From a virus: a DNA stretch of 64,000 nt. The position numbers were made by a program, and so were the translations under genes. The stretch is taken from the IMG/VR virus record IMGVR_UViG_3300046817_000765; one strand, written 5' to 3'. Below the pieces are notes generated by a model, which saw nothing but the letters and a program-made list of their open reading frames with translations, was not told the DNA's origin and did not search any database. Below, piece by piece: positions 35,884-46,300 of the stretch. How positions within the stretch are numbered: position 1 is the stretch's first letter; the number at the start of each line of letters is the position of its first letter.

Positions 35884-36486
35884 CTATTCCTGGAGGACTT
35901 CGAAACTTATCGAGTTCAACATGACGGCCGTGTCGATCAGCGGCTTGGAGTGCCCCTTCCGCGCGATCGTGCTGGCGGCCAGCGGCGGGGTCATCAGCGT
36001 GTTGATGCTCTCCTTCAGCCGGCCCTGGATTTCCTGGCCCATCAGGTCGAGCGTGGCGTCGACGTCGCCGCCGTTGCCCTTCAGCAGCGCGGCCGCCATC
36101 CGGCCCCACTTCGGCGATTGCTCGGCGATCATGTTGCGGAAGAACGGCCGGGCCGGGATGTTGATCACGTAGGCCCCGACGTAGTGGGTCGAGGCGAAGT
36201 TGGATCGCGCCCGCGGCACGAACCGCCCGCCGCGCAGGAACTCCGTGCCCGCCGCGTTCACCTGACGATAGATGGTCTGGCCGCCGCCCGCGTCCGGGTC
36301 CGACGGCTCGCGCTCGATGCGCCCGCCGAACTCCTGGACGGCGGCGACCATCGGCACCGAGGTGCCGTCCGGGTAGGTCGCGCCCTTGAGGAAGCCGATC
36401 TTGAGCGTGCGCGGCCCGCCCATCGAGCGCGCCAGTTCGGCCAGCCCGCCGATCCCGCCGATGGTCTTGCGCGTCAGCGTCGCCAC
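35884..36486 (-). CDS. virion morphogenesis/neck protein
   Basis: 'GFLKGATYPDGTSVPMVAAVQEFG...IPARPFFR...PPLAASTIARKG..KPLIDT'. Confidence 0.85.
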   Translation of the reverse strand: MATLTRKTIGGIGGLAELARSMGGPRTLKIGFLKGATYPDGTSVPMVAAVQEFGGRIEREPSDPDAGGGQTIYRQVNAAGTEFLRGGRFVPRARSNFASTHYVGAYVINIPARPFFRNMIAEQSPKWGRMAAALLKGNGGDVDATLDLMGQEIQGRLKESINTLMTPPLAASTIARKGHSKPLIDTAVMLNSISFEVLQE

Positions 36487-36980
36487 GTCCCCAGCCTCCC
36501 GGCGAACGGCATGGCGTTGTTCGCCTCGGGAAACGGCTGCGGGCCGAGGTAGTAGCGGAAGGTCCGGTACTGCGCGGTGGCGACCCAGAAGGCCGCGCCG
36601 TAGCGGGTCTGGTTATACCACGCGGCGTTCGGCCCATCGCCGGCCACCGGGTATTCGGTACTGACCGAGACCGAGCCTTCGGAGGCCGAGGTGATCCGGC
36701 CCACGAGGCCCTGGCCCTGGCCGGGGGCGATCTGCCCACAAGAGTCCAGCCCGCCGTTCAGCGCCGCGATATGGGCGGTCAGCATTTCCAGGTAGGTCGC
36801 GCGGGGCTGCTGCGCCGGCACCGGCGAGCAGGCGGTGTTGTCGCAATAGATGCACGCCTCGTCGAAGAAGCCCTCGGCGCGCGGCTGCGTCACCCCGGCG
36901 AACTCCGGGTAGCGGGCCATCCAGTGCGGATAGTCGAACACCACGATGTTCGGATCAGGCGCCGGGGTGACGCCGCTCAT
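36474..36980 (-). CDS. head-tail adaptor (DUF4054-like)
   Basis: 'FD...WMARYPEF...LTAHIA.L...GRITSASEGSVSVS...WYNQTRYGA.FW'. Confidence 0.88.
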   Translation of the reverse strand: MSGVTPAPDPNIVVFDYPHWMARYPEFAGVTQPRAEGFFDEACIYCDNTACSPVPAQQPRATYLEMLTAHIAALNGGLDSCGQIAPGQGQGLVGRITSASEGSVSVSTEYPVAGDGPNAAWYNQTRYGAAFWVATAQYRTFRYYLGPQPFPEANNAMPFAGRLGTWRR

Positions 36981-37594
36981 CTGGATTTGTCCTCGCGCGC
37001 GGCCTCGCGGGTCTCGCGGGCGGTGGGCTGGTGGGCCGCCTGGTGGGCCGCCTGGGCGGGTCTGGCGGCGGCGGCGGCCGGCGGTGGGGCCTTCGCGGCG
37101 AGCGCCTCCGTGGCGGCCTTGTGGGCGGCGTCGGCGGCGGTGATCTCGGCCTTCGAGTGTTCCTCGAGCGTGTCGGCCTGACGGCGCAGCATCCCGGCCT
37201 GGCGCCGGCCGGCCTCGGCGTCACGGCGGCGGCCGGCGGCGGCGAGGACCGTGGCGCGGGTGTCGTCCGGGGTCATCCGTCCGAGCGCCGCCTCGGCCGA
37301 CATCGCTTCCGGCGTCAGCCCGAGTTCGAAGCCGTACTGGCCCTCGGTCAGGGCCAGCGCGTCCAGTTCCGCCTGGGTGATCGCCTTGATCGAGTCGGCC
37401 ATCGCCGGGTTCGCGGTCAGCCACTCGCCGAGGGCCGCGTCGTCCACGTCGTAGGTGATGCCGACGCCGTTCACGGCGGCGAGCGAGTGCGACCCTTCGA
37501 TTCCGATCGAATAGGGTTCGACGCCGTCGGGGTGCGTGGTGGCGGTGCACAGCACCGCGACCGGCAGGGTCGAGGAAACCATTGTCAGGGCCAT
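36977..37594 (-). CDS. capsid-associated protein, paralog 3
   Basis: 'LPVAVL...GVGITYDVDD...WL..NP...GFELG'. Confidence 0.65.
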   Translation of the reverse strand: MALTMVSSTLPVAVLCTATTHPDGVEPYSIGIEGSHSLAAVNGVGITYDVDDAALGEWLTANPAMADSIKAITQAELDALALTEGQYGFELGLTPEAMSAEAALGRMTPDDTRATVLAAAGRRRDAEAGRRQAGMLRRQADTLEEHSKAEITAADAAHKAATEALAAKAPPPAAAAARPAQAAHQAAHQPTARETREAAREDKSR

Positions 37595-37607
37595 GATGGA
37601 AACTCCT

Positions 37608-38663
37608 TCAGGGGGTAGTGGCGTCGATGCCTTGCACGGTGATCGCGCCGACCGACTGGCGCAGCTTCATCGGGATGGAGAGGTCCTGGGTCGGTCGCCC
37701 GGCGAGCGGGCCTTCGCCGCGCAGCCCGACGCTGGCCATCAGCGCGCCGACCGAGCCGGCGGCGGCGGCGGTGCTGGGCGCCGAGGCGTAGGAGATGGTC
37801 GAGGTCACGCCGGCCGTGTCGCTGCGGATCAGGAACTGCCAGGGCGCGGCGGGCGCCTCGAACGCGGCGGTCAGCCAGGCGCCAAGCTGGGCGTTGATCA
37901 CCGCGCAGATGTCGGCCCCGGTGGCGACCGGGCCGAACGTCGCGGCCAGTCTCAGGTTGAGCCCATCGACGACGATGTCGAAGCCCAGCGCGAAGCCGGA
38001 ATTGTTATTGAAGAGCGTGATCAGGCTGGCCAGTTCGGCGTCGGTGAAATCGGCCCCGATCAGTTCCGCCGAGGTGGCCACGGTCGGCGCGTGGTAGACG
38101 ATCGCGTTCGACGGCGGCGCCTCCGTCGAGCCGGCGGCGTTGGAGGCGGTGACGACGCATGTGATGGTGTGCCCGTCGTTACTCGCCAGCATCGGCAGGG
38201 TGTCGTTGTCGGCGCCGATATTCAGCGTGCCGTCCTGGACCCACTGGTAGCTGTAGGCCGTCGGGTAGTTCTCCCAATTGCCCATCGTGCAGCGCATCCG
38301 CTGCTCGTCCTGCCAGATGTAGGGGATGTCGCGGTTGACCGGCGGCGGCGTCTCGATCGGCGGCGCGGCCGGATCGAAGCCCAACTCGAAGCCGTGCGTG
38401 TTGACCGGATCGGAATGCTCGTCGATCTGCTGCTGGGTCGCCACGGCCATGTGCGCGGCGAACTCGGGATGGGCGGTCAGCCACTGGTCGAACGCGGCGG
38501 CGTCCACGCCATGGGTGATGCCGTAGCCATCGATGGCGCCGGGGTCGGCGGGACTGACGATCACCTGGCGCGCCTCGATCCCCGGCAGGCCGGTGTCGGT
38601 CTGCATCAGCACGGCCACCGGCAGTCTGGAAGCGACAGTGACGGTCTCTGACATGCTGGCCAC
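37608..38663 (-). CDS. capsid-associated protein, paralog 2 with Ig-like module
   Basis: 'VTVASRLP...GYGITHGVDA..FDQWL'; 'YSYQW...ITCVVTASNAAG'. Confidence 0.7.
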   Translation of the reverse strand: MASMSETVTVASRLPVAVLMQTDTGLPGIEARQVIVSPADPGAIDGYGITHGVDAAAFDQWLTAHPEFAAHMAVATQQQIDEHSDPVNTHGFELGFDPAAPPIETPPPVNRDIPYIWQDEQRMRCTMGNWENYPTAYSYQWVQDGTLNIGADNDTLPMLASNDGHTITCVVTASNAAGSTEAPPSNAIVYHAPTVATSAELIGADFTDAELASLITLFNNNSGFALGFDIVVDGLNLRLAATFGPVATGADICAVINAQLGAWLTAAFEAPAAPWQFLIRSDTAGVTSTISYASAPSTAAAAGSVGALMASVGLRGEGPLAGRPTQDLSIPMKLRQSVGAITVQGIDATTP

Positions 38664-38667
38664 CCTT

Positions 38668-39096
38668 TCACGCCGTGACGGCGGTCTCGACCTTGCCCTT
38701 GAACTCGGCCGGCAGGGCCTTCGGATCGACCGGCGAGAAGTCGCCCTTCTGCAGGCGGTGTTCCTTCGCCTGGGCGATCAGGTCCGGCACTTTGGCGTTG
38801 GCGAACACCAGACCGTTGCGAACCATGTCCGTGTCCTTCCGCTGCTCCAGCCACTTCGCGAAGTTGTCGGCGTCCACGCCATGCGTGAGCGCCGCGCCGT
38901 CCGCGATCTGGTAGGTTATGTCCTGACCGAGCCGGCGCGCGGGGCCGTTCAGGCGGTGAGACCAGGGCAGCGCCCTCGCCATTTTCACCTCCTTCACGCC
39001 CCCGCCCATCACCGGCATGCTCACCGTCTCGAACTCGTAAAGTTGCAGCACGATCCCGTTCTCGATCTTGCAGGCGACGGTCACTGTTCCCGGCAT
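38668..39096 (-). CDS. capsid-associated protein, paralog 1
   Basis: 'VTVACKIENG..L...LTHGVDADNFAKWL...NGLVFA'. Confidence 0.75.
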   Translation of the reverse strand: MPGTVTVACKIENGIVLQLYEFETVSMPVMGGGVKEVKMARALPWSHRLNGPARRLGQDITYQIADGAALTHGVDADNFAKWLEQRKDTDMVRNGLVFANAKVPDLIAQAKEHRLQKGDFSPVDPKALPAEFKGKVETAVTA

Positions 39097-39099
39097 GGC

Positions 39100-40161
39100 T
39101 CAGACCCCGATCATTCCGGCGACCGCGAGCGGGTAGCGGATCACAGCGCCCCAACTTCCGGCGGTCTTTTTCTGCGCGTAGGACGACAGCGAACGGACCA
39201 GCGCGTGGTCGCGGCTCTTTTCATTGAAGCCGCAGTAGCCGGTCTTGTGGCCGTCGAACTCCTTGGCGATCAGTTGCACGAGGTTGCCGCCGGAGACCCC
39301 GGCGTAGCGCGGGTCGGTCACATATTCGACGTTCGGAAACGACTCCTTTATGAACGCCTTGATGGTGATGCCGAAGCTGTTCACGGCGGTCAGCGCGGCG
39401 GCGACCTGGTTGGGATACACCATCGTCAACGGGCTGTCGGCGGTGATGTAGCCCTGGCTCACCGAGGTCAGTTGATTGAACATCAACTGGAAGTCCTTGT
39501 AGATTTCCTCGGCGGTCGCGTTCAGCGCGCCGTTGAAGATCCACTTGTTGGCGTTGCCGCCGGCCTTCAGCGTCGGCAGCAGATTGGCGGCGAGGCCGGG
39601 ATCGTTGGTGATGCCGTAGTTCTGCAGCCCCGAGATGCCGACGTGGTAGACGAGGTCCATGAACTTATCGAGCGTCTTGGCCGAGGCCTGTTGCTTCTCC
39701 GAGACCAACTCGAGCCGCGCCGCGCCCGCGCGCTCCACTTCCAGATCGCCGTATTCGATGATGGTCTGGAACAGATACGCCTGCCGCTGTTCCCACTGCT
39801 CGTTGACGTCCGAGCGGCCCAGCGTGTTGAAGTCGCCGTACGACGAGACCTCGCCGGTGTTCTCGACCACCGGAATGAAGATCGTCTGGTCGACCCAGGT
39901 GCCCTTCTTCTGCTCGCCGTAAATCTCGGCGCCCTTGTTGGGGGCCTGCAGGATGCGGACCACCTCGGGATCGACCAGTTGCGTGAAAAAACCGGGGATC
40001 GCCGCGTTCGGCGTCGTGATCAGTCCGGGCTGCGCGTCGAGCGCCATCCCGCGTGGCAGGCGCATGTCGGGCGGCATGTAGTCCATCGCGAAGGGCATCA
40101 CGATGCCCCAGTCTTGTTCCAGATAGGTAGCGTCGCGGGCGAAGTCCGGGTTGCGTCGCAT
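39100..40161 (-). CDS. major capsid protein (DUF2184-like)
   Basis: 'MALDAQP.L.T..N..IP...KKG.W...GEVSSYGD...YPLAVAGMIGV'. Confidence 0.92.
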   Translation of the reverse strand: MRRNPDFARDATYLEQDWGIVMPFAMDYMPPDMRLPRGMALDAQPGLITTPNAAIPGFFTQLVDPEVVRILQAPNKGAEIYGEQKKGTWVDQTIFIPVVENTGEVSSYGDFNTLGRSDVNEQWEQRQAYLFQTIIEYGDLEVERAGAARLELVSEKQQASAKTLDKFMDLVYHVGISGLQNYGITNDPGLAANLLPTLKAGGNANKWIFNGALNATAEEIYKDFQLMFNQLTSVSQGYITADSPLTMVYPNQVAAALTAVNSFGITIKAFIKESFPNVEYVTDPRYAGVSGGNLVQLIAKEFDGHKTGYCGFNEKSRDHALVRSLSSYAQKKTAGSWGAVIRYPLAVAGMIGV

Positions 40162-40204
40162 GGTGGGTTTCTCCTGTCCTCGGCTTGATTTGTTTCGCTG
40201 GGGC

Positions 40205-40765
40205 TTAGCCGAGCGGCTGGCTGCTCATCTTGATCAGTTCACCGGCGAGGCCGGTGCTGGCGGCGATCCATTTCGTTTCGACCCAGCCGGCGATGGTCGA
40301 GCCGGCGGCGGCGAACTGGATGGTTCCCCCGTCCATGTTGGCGCCGGAGGTGTGGGCCAGCTTGGTGAACGCCTTCATGCCCACCGCGACGGCGCCAGCG
40401 CCCCGGTGCCTGACCCAGAAGTCGCCGGCCGAGAACACCTCGCCCACCGGATAACCCGCCGGGATCAGGAAGGAGGTCGAGGACGGCGTCGTGAAGTAAG
40501 CGGTGTTGAGGCCCTCCATCGCGCGATGGACGAACCCGGTGGGCAGGCCGGAGCCGACATTGAGCAGCAGCGTGCCGGTCGCCACATCGGCCCACGCGAA
40601 GCGGGCGATGAAGACCCCGGCGTCGGCGGGCGGGGCCGCGTTCTGCGTGCCGCCGGCCTTGAAGCCACCCTCGACCGAGTTGACCGACCAGCGCGGGTTG
40701 GCCGACGCGAAGTCACCCTCGACGCCGACCGCCTGGGTGATGTTGATCGTCTGTTGAAACGCCAT
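40205..40765 (-). CDS. capsid decoration/cement protein
   Basis: 'FQQTIN...A.GVEGDFAS.NP...GDFWV'; between protease and MCP. Confidence 0.8.
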   Translation of the reverse strand: MAFQQTINITQAVGVEGDFASANPRWSVNSVEGGFKAGGTQNAAPPADAGVFIARFAWADVATGTLLLNVGSGLPTGFVHRAMEGLNTAYFTTPSSTSFLIPAGYPVGEVFSAGDFWVRHRGAGAVAVGMKAFTKLAHTSGANMDGGTIQFAAAGSTIAGWVETKWIAASTGLAGELIKMSSQPLG

Positions 40766-40780
40766 TGCCGCGTCCTCCTC

Positions 40781-42283
40781 TTAGTGGGCCCGAAGCCGGT
40801 TGGCGTTGGGGAATCGTTCCAGGTATTTGCTGGTGCCGGCCTTATCCATCGCCATCGGCGACGGCCGCTGCTGCTCCTCGCCGGGCCTGGGGATTCGGGT
40901 GAGCAGGGCCTTGAAGGCGGACGGGTGGATGCCGGTGACGTCCTCGCCCGACTGCTCGAGCGCGAACTTGTAGACCTCGGCGGCGCTGTCCATCGCGACG
41001 GCGATGTCACCGACCCACGGGCGGACGAACCGCGCGGCCTCGTCGCGGGCATTGAGCTTCTCGGTGTTCTCCTTCACCGCTTTGGCGATGGCCGCGTCCA
41101 TCGCGACCTTGAACCGCTTATCCATCGCGGGCGTGTCCTTTCTGGCTGTGTCGATTTTGTCGGCGACGTCGTCCTCGTCGGTCGCGGCGAGCGGGTTCTT
41201 CTTGTCGTCGTCGGGATCTTGATCGCCGCCGCCGTTGCCGTTGGCGGGCGGATCACCGCCGCCATTGCCGAGGTCGGGCGCCTTCACCTCTTTGAGCGCG
41301 TGCAGGATGATCGCGAGGTCGTTGTCGTCGATCTGGCCCTGCAACAACTGCTGGACCTTGGCCGCGAGGTCGTCGTCGCCCGCGCCACCGTTGGCGGCGG
41401 GGTCTTCCTTCTCCTGGCCTGGCACGACGCCGGCCGCTCCGTTGGGATCGCCGGGGGCCACGTCGTCGGGCGGCGCGCCGGCCCCGGCGCCGTCCAGGTG
41501 CTCGTGGATATGCACCTCGGCGTCCTGGGCTAGCTTGACGTCCTTCAGCCCGCGCGTGATGCCCGCCACGATCTCGGGCACCTTCCGCTTGCTGTTCTTG
41601 CGGTCGAGACCGAGGAACAGCTTGTGCATATCGGGCAGCTTCTGATCCTGCGCCAGCAGCGGCGTCAGGTAAGCAACGGTCGATCCCGCGAGATAGGCCG
41701 CGTAAGGCGACAGGCGCATGGGTTTCTCCTTTGGTTTGGCATCCATCACGACGACGTCGTCACCCGCGCGTCCGGCCTCGACCAGCGCGATGTGGTTGGC
41801 TTTGATCTGGGTCATCACGCCGTCGTAGCGGACGCCCTCGAAGACGCCCGGCGTCATCACCGGCACGTAGCGGTAGGCCGAACTCAGTTCCCGCATGTCT
41901 CCCGATTCGATCATCGCGATGGCGTGGTCGGACCAGAACACCAGCGAGTTATCGAGATACGGGGCGCGCCACGCGGCGTCGGTGCCGGTCGAGCCGATCA
42001 CCCGCTCGCGCCGCTCGTCGGCGGCGGTGACGGGGATGTGCTGGTCGAGCACCGGGATGTTGTTGAAGGTCGGCGTCGCGCTCCGCAGTTCGTTCGGATC
42101 GCGCAGCAGCATGTAGGTCTGGTCGGGGTTCAGGCCGAGTTGCTGAAAGCCCGGAATCTCGTTGCCGCGGTAGCCGTTCACGCACGCCTTGGTCAGGTGC
42201 GAGACCGCGACGTGCAGCCGGCCGTCCTGATCGTACCGGCGCACCGAGCGGTCCATCGCCAGCGGAATGCAGTCGAATGGCAT
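40781..42283 (-). CDS. prohead protease/scaffold (DUF2213-like)
   Basis: 'SVRRYD.DGRLHV....TKA.VN.Y.G.EIP...ELSSAYRY...NHIALV..GRAG'. Confidence 0.9.
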   Translation of the reverse strand: MPFDCIPLAMDRSVRRYDQDGRLHVAVSHLTKACVNGYRGNEIPGFQQLGLNPDQTYMLLRDPNELRSATPTFNNIPVLDQHIPVTAADERRERVIGSTGTDAAWRAPYLDNSLVFWSDHAIAMIESGDMRELSSAYRYVPVMTPGVFEGVRYDGVMTQIKANHIALVEAGRAGDDVVVMDAKPKEKPMRLSPYAAYLAGSTVAYLTPLLAQDQKLPDMHKLFLGLDRKNSKRKVPEIVAGITRGLKDVKLAQDAEVHIHEHLDGAGAGAPPDDVAPGDPNGAAGVVPGQEKEDPAANGGAGDDDLAAKVQQLLQGQIDDNDLAIILHALKEVKAPDLGNGGGDPPANGNGGGDQDPDDDKKNPLAATDEDDVADKIDTARKDTPAMDKRFKVAMDAAIAKAVKENTEKLNARDEAARFVRPWVGDIAVAMDSAAEVYKFALEQSGEDVTGIHPSAFKALLTRIPRPGEEQQRPSPMAMDKAGTSKYLERFPNANRLRAH

Positions 42284-42314
42284 GGCGGCCCCCGCTAAAG
42301 ATCAGCCGTTCGTT

Positions 42315-42515
42315 TTACTTGTAGAGCGAGGCCCTGATGGCGCAGTCCTTCGCCTCCAACAGCTTGCGCAGCGCGACCGATCGTTCCGGGTTGCGAGGCA
42401 GATCGTTGGCGATACCGTGCGCGATGTCGTGAAACGGCTTGCTGATCTTCGCCAGATCTTCCCGCAAATGAGCGAAGCCGAAGAACTGCAGCATCGGTTC
42501 TTGGTCAGATGTCAT
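42315..42515 (-). CDS. small Acb2/Tad1-hairpin-like protein
   Basis: 'LQFFGFAHL...SKPF...LPRNPERSVALRKLLEAKDCAIRA'. Confidence 0.55.
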   Translation of the reverse strand: MTSDQEPMLQFFGFAHLREDLAKISKPFHDIAHGIANDLPRNPERSVALRKLLEAKDCAIRASLYK

Positions 42516-42916
42516 CGGTTTGCTCCCTTCCGGCGCTCGAGCGCCTCGATCCGTTGGAGCTTGCAGCGCACCGCGCCCTCGCTCTTGCCGAGCGTTTCGC
42601 CGATCGCGCCCGGCGCGTGCCCGGCCGCCCGCGCGGCCAGCAGGCGGCGTTCCAGGGGCCTCGGCCACGGCCGCCAGGCGGCGCATCCCGGCGCGTCACC
42701 CGCCAGCACGGCCCAGCGGGCGGGGTGTCGCCCGCGGCGCGCGGCCAGCAGCCGGATGCACTTCGCGTCCTTCAGCCGCCCCAGCGCGTAGGTCAGGGTG
42801 TATCGATTGGATATGCGCGCGGCGGACCGCAGATCCCGGTTGGTGATCTCGATGATCCCGCCGACGGCGTTCGCGCGAAGGTGGGCGAGGACGCGGCTGG
42901 CGGCGTTGGGTTTCAC
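42512..42916 (-). CDS. winged-HTH protein
   Basis: Two HTH-like segments; coupled to neighbours. Confidence 0.55.
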   Translation of the reverse strand: MKPNAASRVLAHLRANAVGGIIEITNRDLRSAARISNRYTLTYALGRLKDAKCIRLLAARRGRHPARWAVLAGDAPGCAAWRPWPRPLERRLLAARAAGHAPGAIGETLGKSEGAVRCKLQRIEALERRKGANR

Positions 42917-42917
42917 C

Positions 42918-43301
42918 TCACCCCATGACCGGAGCGGGGATCATCGTCAGGTCGCGGATGTAGACCCGGCCCTGGAACGTCGTGTTGACCGAAAGTGTGA
43001 CCCAATAGGCTTGCCCGGCGCTGCCCGGCGGCGCGGTAAATCCCACGGTGATCCGCAGCCCGGCCGCGTCCAGCGAGTTGGGCCAGCTTGCCCCGGCCAG
43101 TTTCAGGTCGGCGGCGGTCATCGCCGCGTTGTCGGCCCGCGCGATGGCGATCTGGACGGTGGCGATGTCGGTGACGTGATCGCCGACGACGCCGAGGTCG
43201 GTCGAGACGTCGATGTAACGTCCGTCGGTCTCGCCCGCGCGCAGCGGCGGGATCGGCACCGGGGACAGGTTCGGGCTCCCGCAACAGGCGTCAAAGCTCA
43301 T
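42918..43301 (-). CDS. fibre adaptor-like beta protein
   Basis: 'ETDGRYIDVSTDL...G..G..YWVTLSVNT..GR.Y.R'. Confidence 0.55.
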   Translation of the reverse strand: MSFDACCGSPNLSPVPIPPLRAGETDGRYIDVSTDLGVVGDHVTDIATVQIAIARADNAAMTAADLKLAGASWPNSLDAAGLRITVGFTAPPGSAGQAYWVTLSVNTTFQGRVYIRDLTMIPAPVMG

Positions 43302-46300
43302 AGGACCACCTCGCGTCGGGTTGGCGGCAGCGTCACGTCCTGGCCGGACTGAGGCGGCACGGCCGCGCCCCTTGGCGTCGGCGGCAGGAACACCCCGAGC
43401 GCCGCCACCCGCTCGCGCGGGACGTAGGCGTCGGCTTGGACTCTACCGGCGCCCCCGATCACCGCGGCCACATGGCGGTGCGAGGTCTGCTCGCCGTCCA
43501 GGGCGAGGTGGCCCACGCCGCCGATCCGGGCGCGGACCTGATGCAGTTCGGCCGCGGCGGCGTTCACCCGGCCGCGGCCTGGGATCACCGCGCCCACCCG
43601 CGCCGCGAGGCGGCCCAGGGCGGCGACCGCCCCTCGGCCGTCTATCCTCGCGCTCGCGGCGACGACCCGCTCAGAGCGCGCCGACAGCCCGCCAGCGCCC
43701 GCGATCCGCGCGGTCGCCTGATGCGCCGCCTTGATCCCGTCCGCGCCGACCGAGCCGGTGCCGGCGATCCGGGCGGCACCCGGCTGGGCAATGCCGCCAG
43801 CGGAGCGAACCCCACCGAGGCCGGCGATCCGCGCGCGAGCCGCCAGCAGGAACGGGCCCGCCTTCGCTCTGACCTGACCCACGCCACCGATAACCGAGGC
43901 CCCCACCCGGACCGGGCGAAGCTGCTCCCCCAGGGCCGCGAGGCCGCCCCGGCCATCGATCCTGACCGACTCGGCGGCGATCACATGGACGCCGGCCCGG
44001 ACCGCGCCGAGACCCCCAACGCGGGCCGCCCCGGCGGCCGACAGGGCGACCGTCGCCCCGACGTGGCCCACGCCGCCAATCCTGAACGCACCCGGCGCCT
44101 GGGGCTCGCCCGAGGCCGCCACGGCGCCGCTCCCGGCGATCCTGACCCGGCCGGCGGCGAACACCGTCGGCCCCCTGGGTTGGACCGCGCCGGTTCCGTC
44201 GATCCGCGCCGCGGCCGGCCAGGCGACATGCACAACCGCGGCCGAGCGGACTCCACCGACGCCCGCGATCGAGGCGCCACCCGGCTGGGCCACCGCCGCG
44301 ATGGCCCGGAGCGCGCCGCGCCCGGCGATCGTCGCCAGGGCATGGACCATGCGCAGGCCGGCGTCGATCGTGGCCGAGCCGATACCCTGGATCAGCGCGC
44401 CCGCCGGCTGGGCCACGGCGGCCGTCGCCCGCACCGCGCCCTGGCCGCCGATCACCGCCGCGCCGGCCGCCAGGACGGTGGCCGAGGCCGCGACGCTGCC
44501 CTGTCCGCCGATCAGCCCGGCCGCCGCGCGGACCTGGACCGGGTCGGCGATACTGACCACGCCCACGCCCTGGACCGTCGCGCGGACCGACCTGACCTGA
44601 GCCGACACCGCGAGGCTGACGCCACCGGCGCCAGCGATCCGCGCGCCGGCCCCGATCTGGCCCTGGATCAGCGTGTCGGCGCCGATCAGCCCGACGCCGT
44701 CGATGCGGGCCGAGGCGACCTGTCGCGTGGCCCCGGCGGCCCTGACGGTGCCAACCCCGTTGATCTGGGCGGCGGCCCCAGCGATCACCGTGGCACTCGC
44801 CCGGACGTTGCCCACGCCGCCGATCCCGGCTGACCCGGCCTCGATGCCGGAGGTGTCGGTGGCGAGGCTTCCCACCCCGTCGATCCGGGCGGCCAGCGGG
44901 ACCAGCACACCGGGGGCGGCCAGCAAGGCGCGGGTCGTGATGCCGGGCGAGCCGGCGGGCGGCCAGATCGGCGCGGTCGGCGCCGGCAGCCGCTCCATTT
45001 GCGGCGAGGCGACCCGCAGCGTGAAATCAACCGGAACGGCGCTGAACCAACTGACCTGGATGCGCGCGACGATGAAGCCGACACCCGCGGGCGTGGTCGC
45101 CGAAACCGAGACCCGCGTCGGGGTGGCGGTCGGCACGAACAAGGTCACGACCTGGGCGGGACTACCCGTGTTGTAGTTTTGGATGATGTAGAAATTGACG
45201 TTCGCGTTGGTGCCGGCGGTCAGCCAGACGTAAGCCGACGACGACCACGTCTCACCAGGGACGATTGGCACGCCAAGCGCGCCCGCGTATTCGAAATTCA
45301 GAACCCACTGATTAGCGCCCGCCGGGGTGCCGTTCAGCCTGACCTCGATGTAGGGCAGGCCGGTCACCGGATCGACGCCGTGCCCGGTCATCGCCCTGGT
45401 GAGATCAGTTCCCTGGGCCTGCGACCAGAAGGTCGGCATCACGCCGCCGGAGCCGAACACGCCGTCGGTCGCACCCTCGCCGAGCGGGTTGCGGATGTAG
45501 TTGGTCGTCCCGCCGATCCCGGCGATCAGCGCGCTCGCCTGCACCGTCTTGGGCAGCAGCACGCCATCGGCGAACACCGCGCCCTGGCCACCGATCCGGG
45601 CGGCGGCGAAGTTGGTCGGCGCGGCCATCACCGTGTCGGGAACGGCGGACCACTGGCTCGAGTAGAGCGGGCTCGAGGTCGTGTCGAAGACCTGCAGGAT
45701 CACCGCGAACGCGGCGGTCGGAACGGGCACCTCGATCGACAGCGACTGCCACTGATCGGTCAGGCTCAGGTTGGCGGCGGCGTTCGGGGCGGGGTACGGC
45801 ATCCCGGCGCCACCCGTCGCCAGGTAGACCGCCGAGCCGCCGTATCCGGCGGGTATCCAGACCGAGAGCCGCAGCGTGTAGGGCGTGAACGGCCCCGCGC
45901 CAGGGAATACCCACGCGATGCCGGCGATGGCGTCGCCCGCTGGCGTTTTGACGTGGCGGAACACCTGGGTGTCGTCCGCCCGCGGCGGCGGGACGTCTGT
46001 GCTGGCGACGCAGATGTTGCCCGCGCTGGCGGTGGGCGGCCAGGTGCTGATCCGGTTGGCTTCGCCACCCCGGATGATCGCCCCGGTCCTGGCTATCAGC
46101 CGGGCGGCCGCGCTCGCGTTGCCCGCGCCGTCGATCCGGGCGCTGACCGGCGCCAGCACCATCCCGTCCGTGCCTACACCACCCGCCCCGTCGATCCGGG
46201 CCGACGCCGCCACCACGTCCGAGGTATCGGCCGCGAGGCTCCCGAGGCCGTCAATCTGGATCAGCGCGGCGAGGCGCGCGTTCGCCGTCGCCAGCATCCC

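Noticed and set aside
21109-38766. Self-targets of single spacers (GTTGAGCAC at 21109 and 22240; GTGTTCCTT at 38758)
   Set aside because: Partner 9-mer is not adjacent; single 9-mer hits are expected by chance. The by-eye search was not exhaustive.
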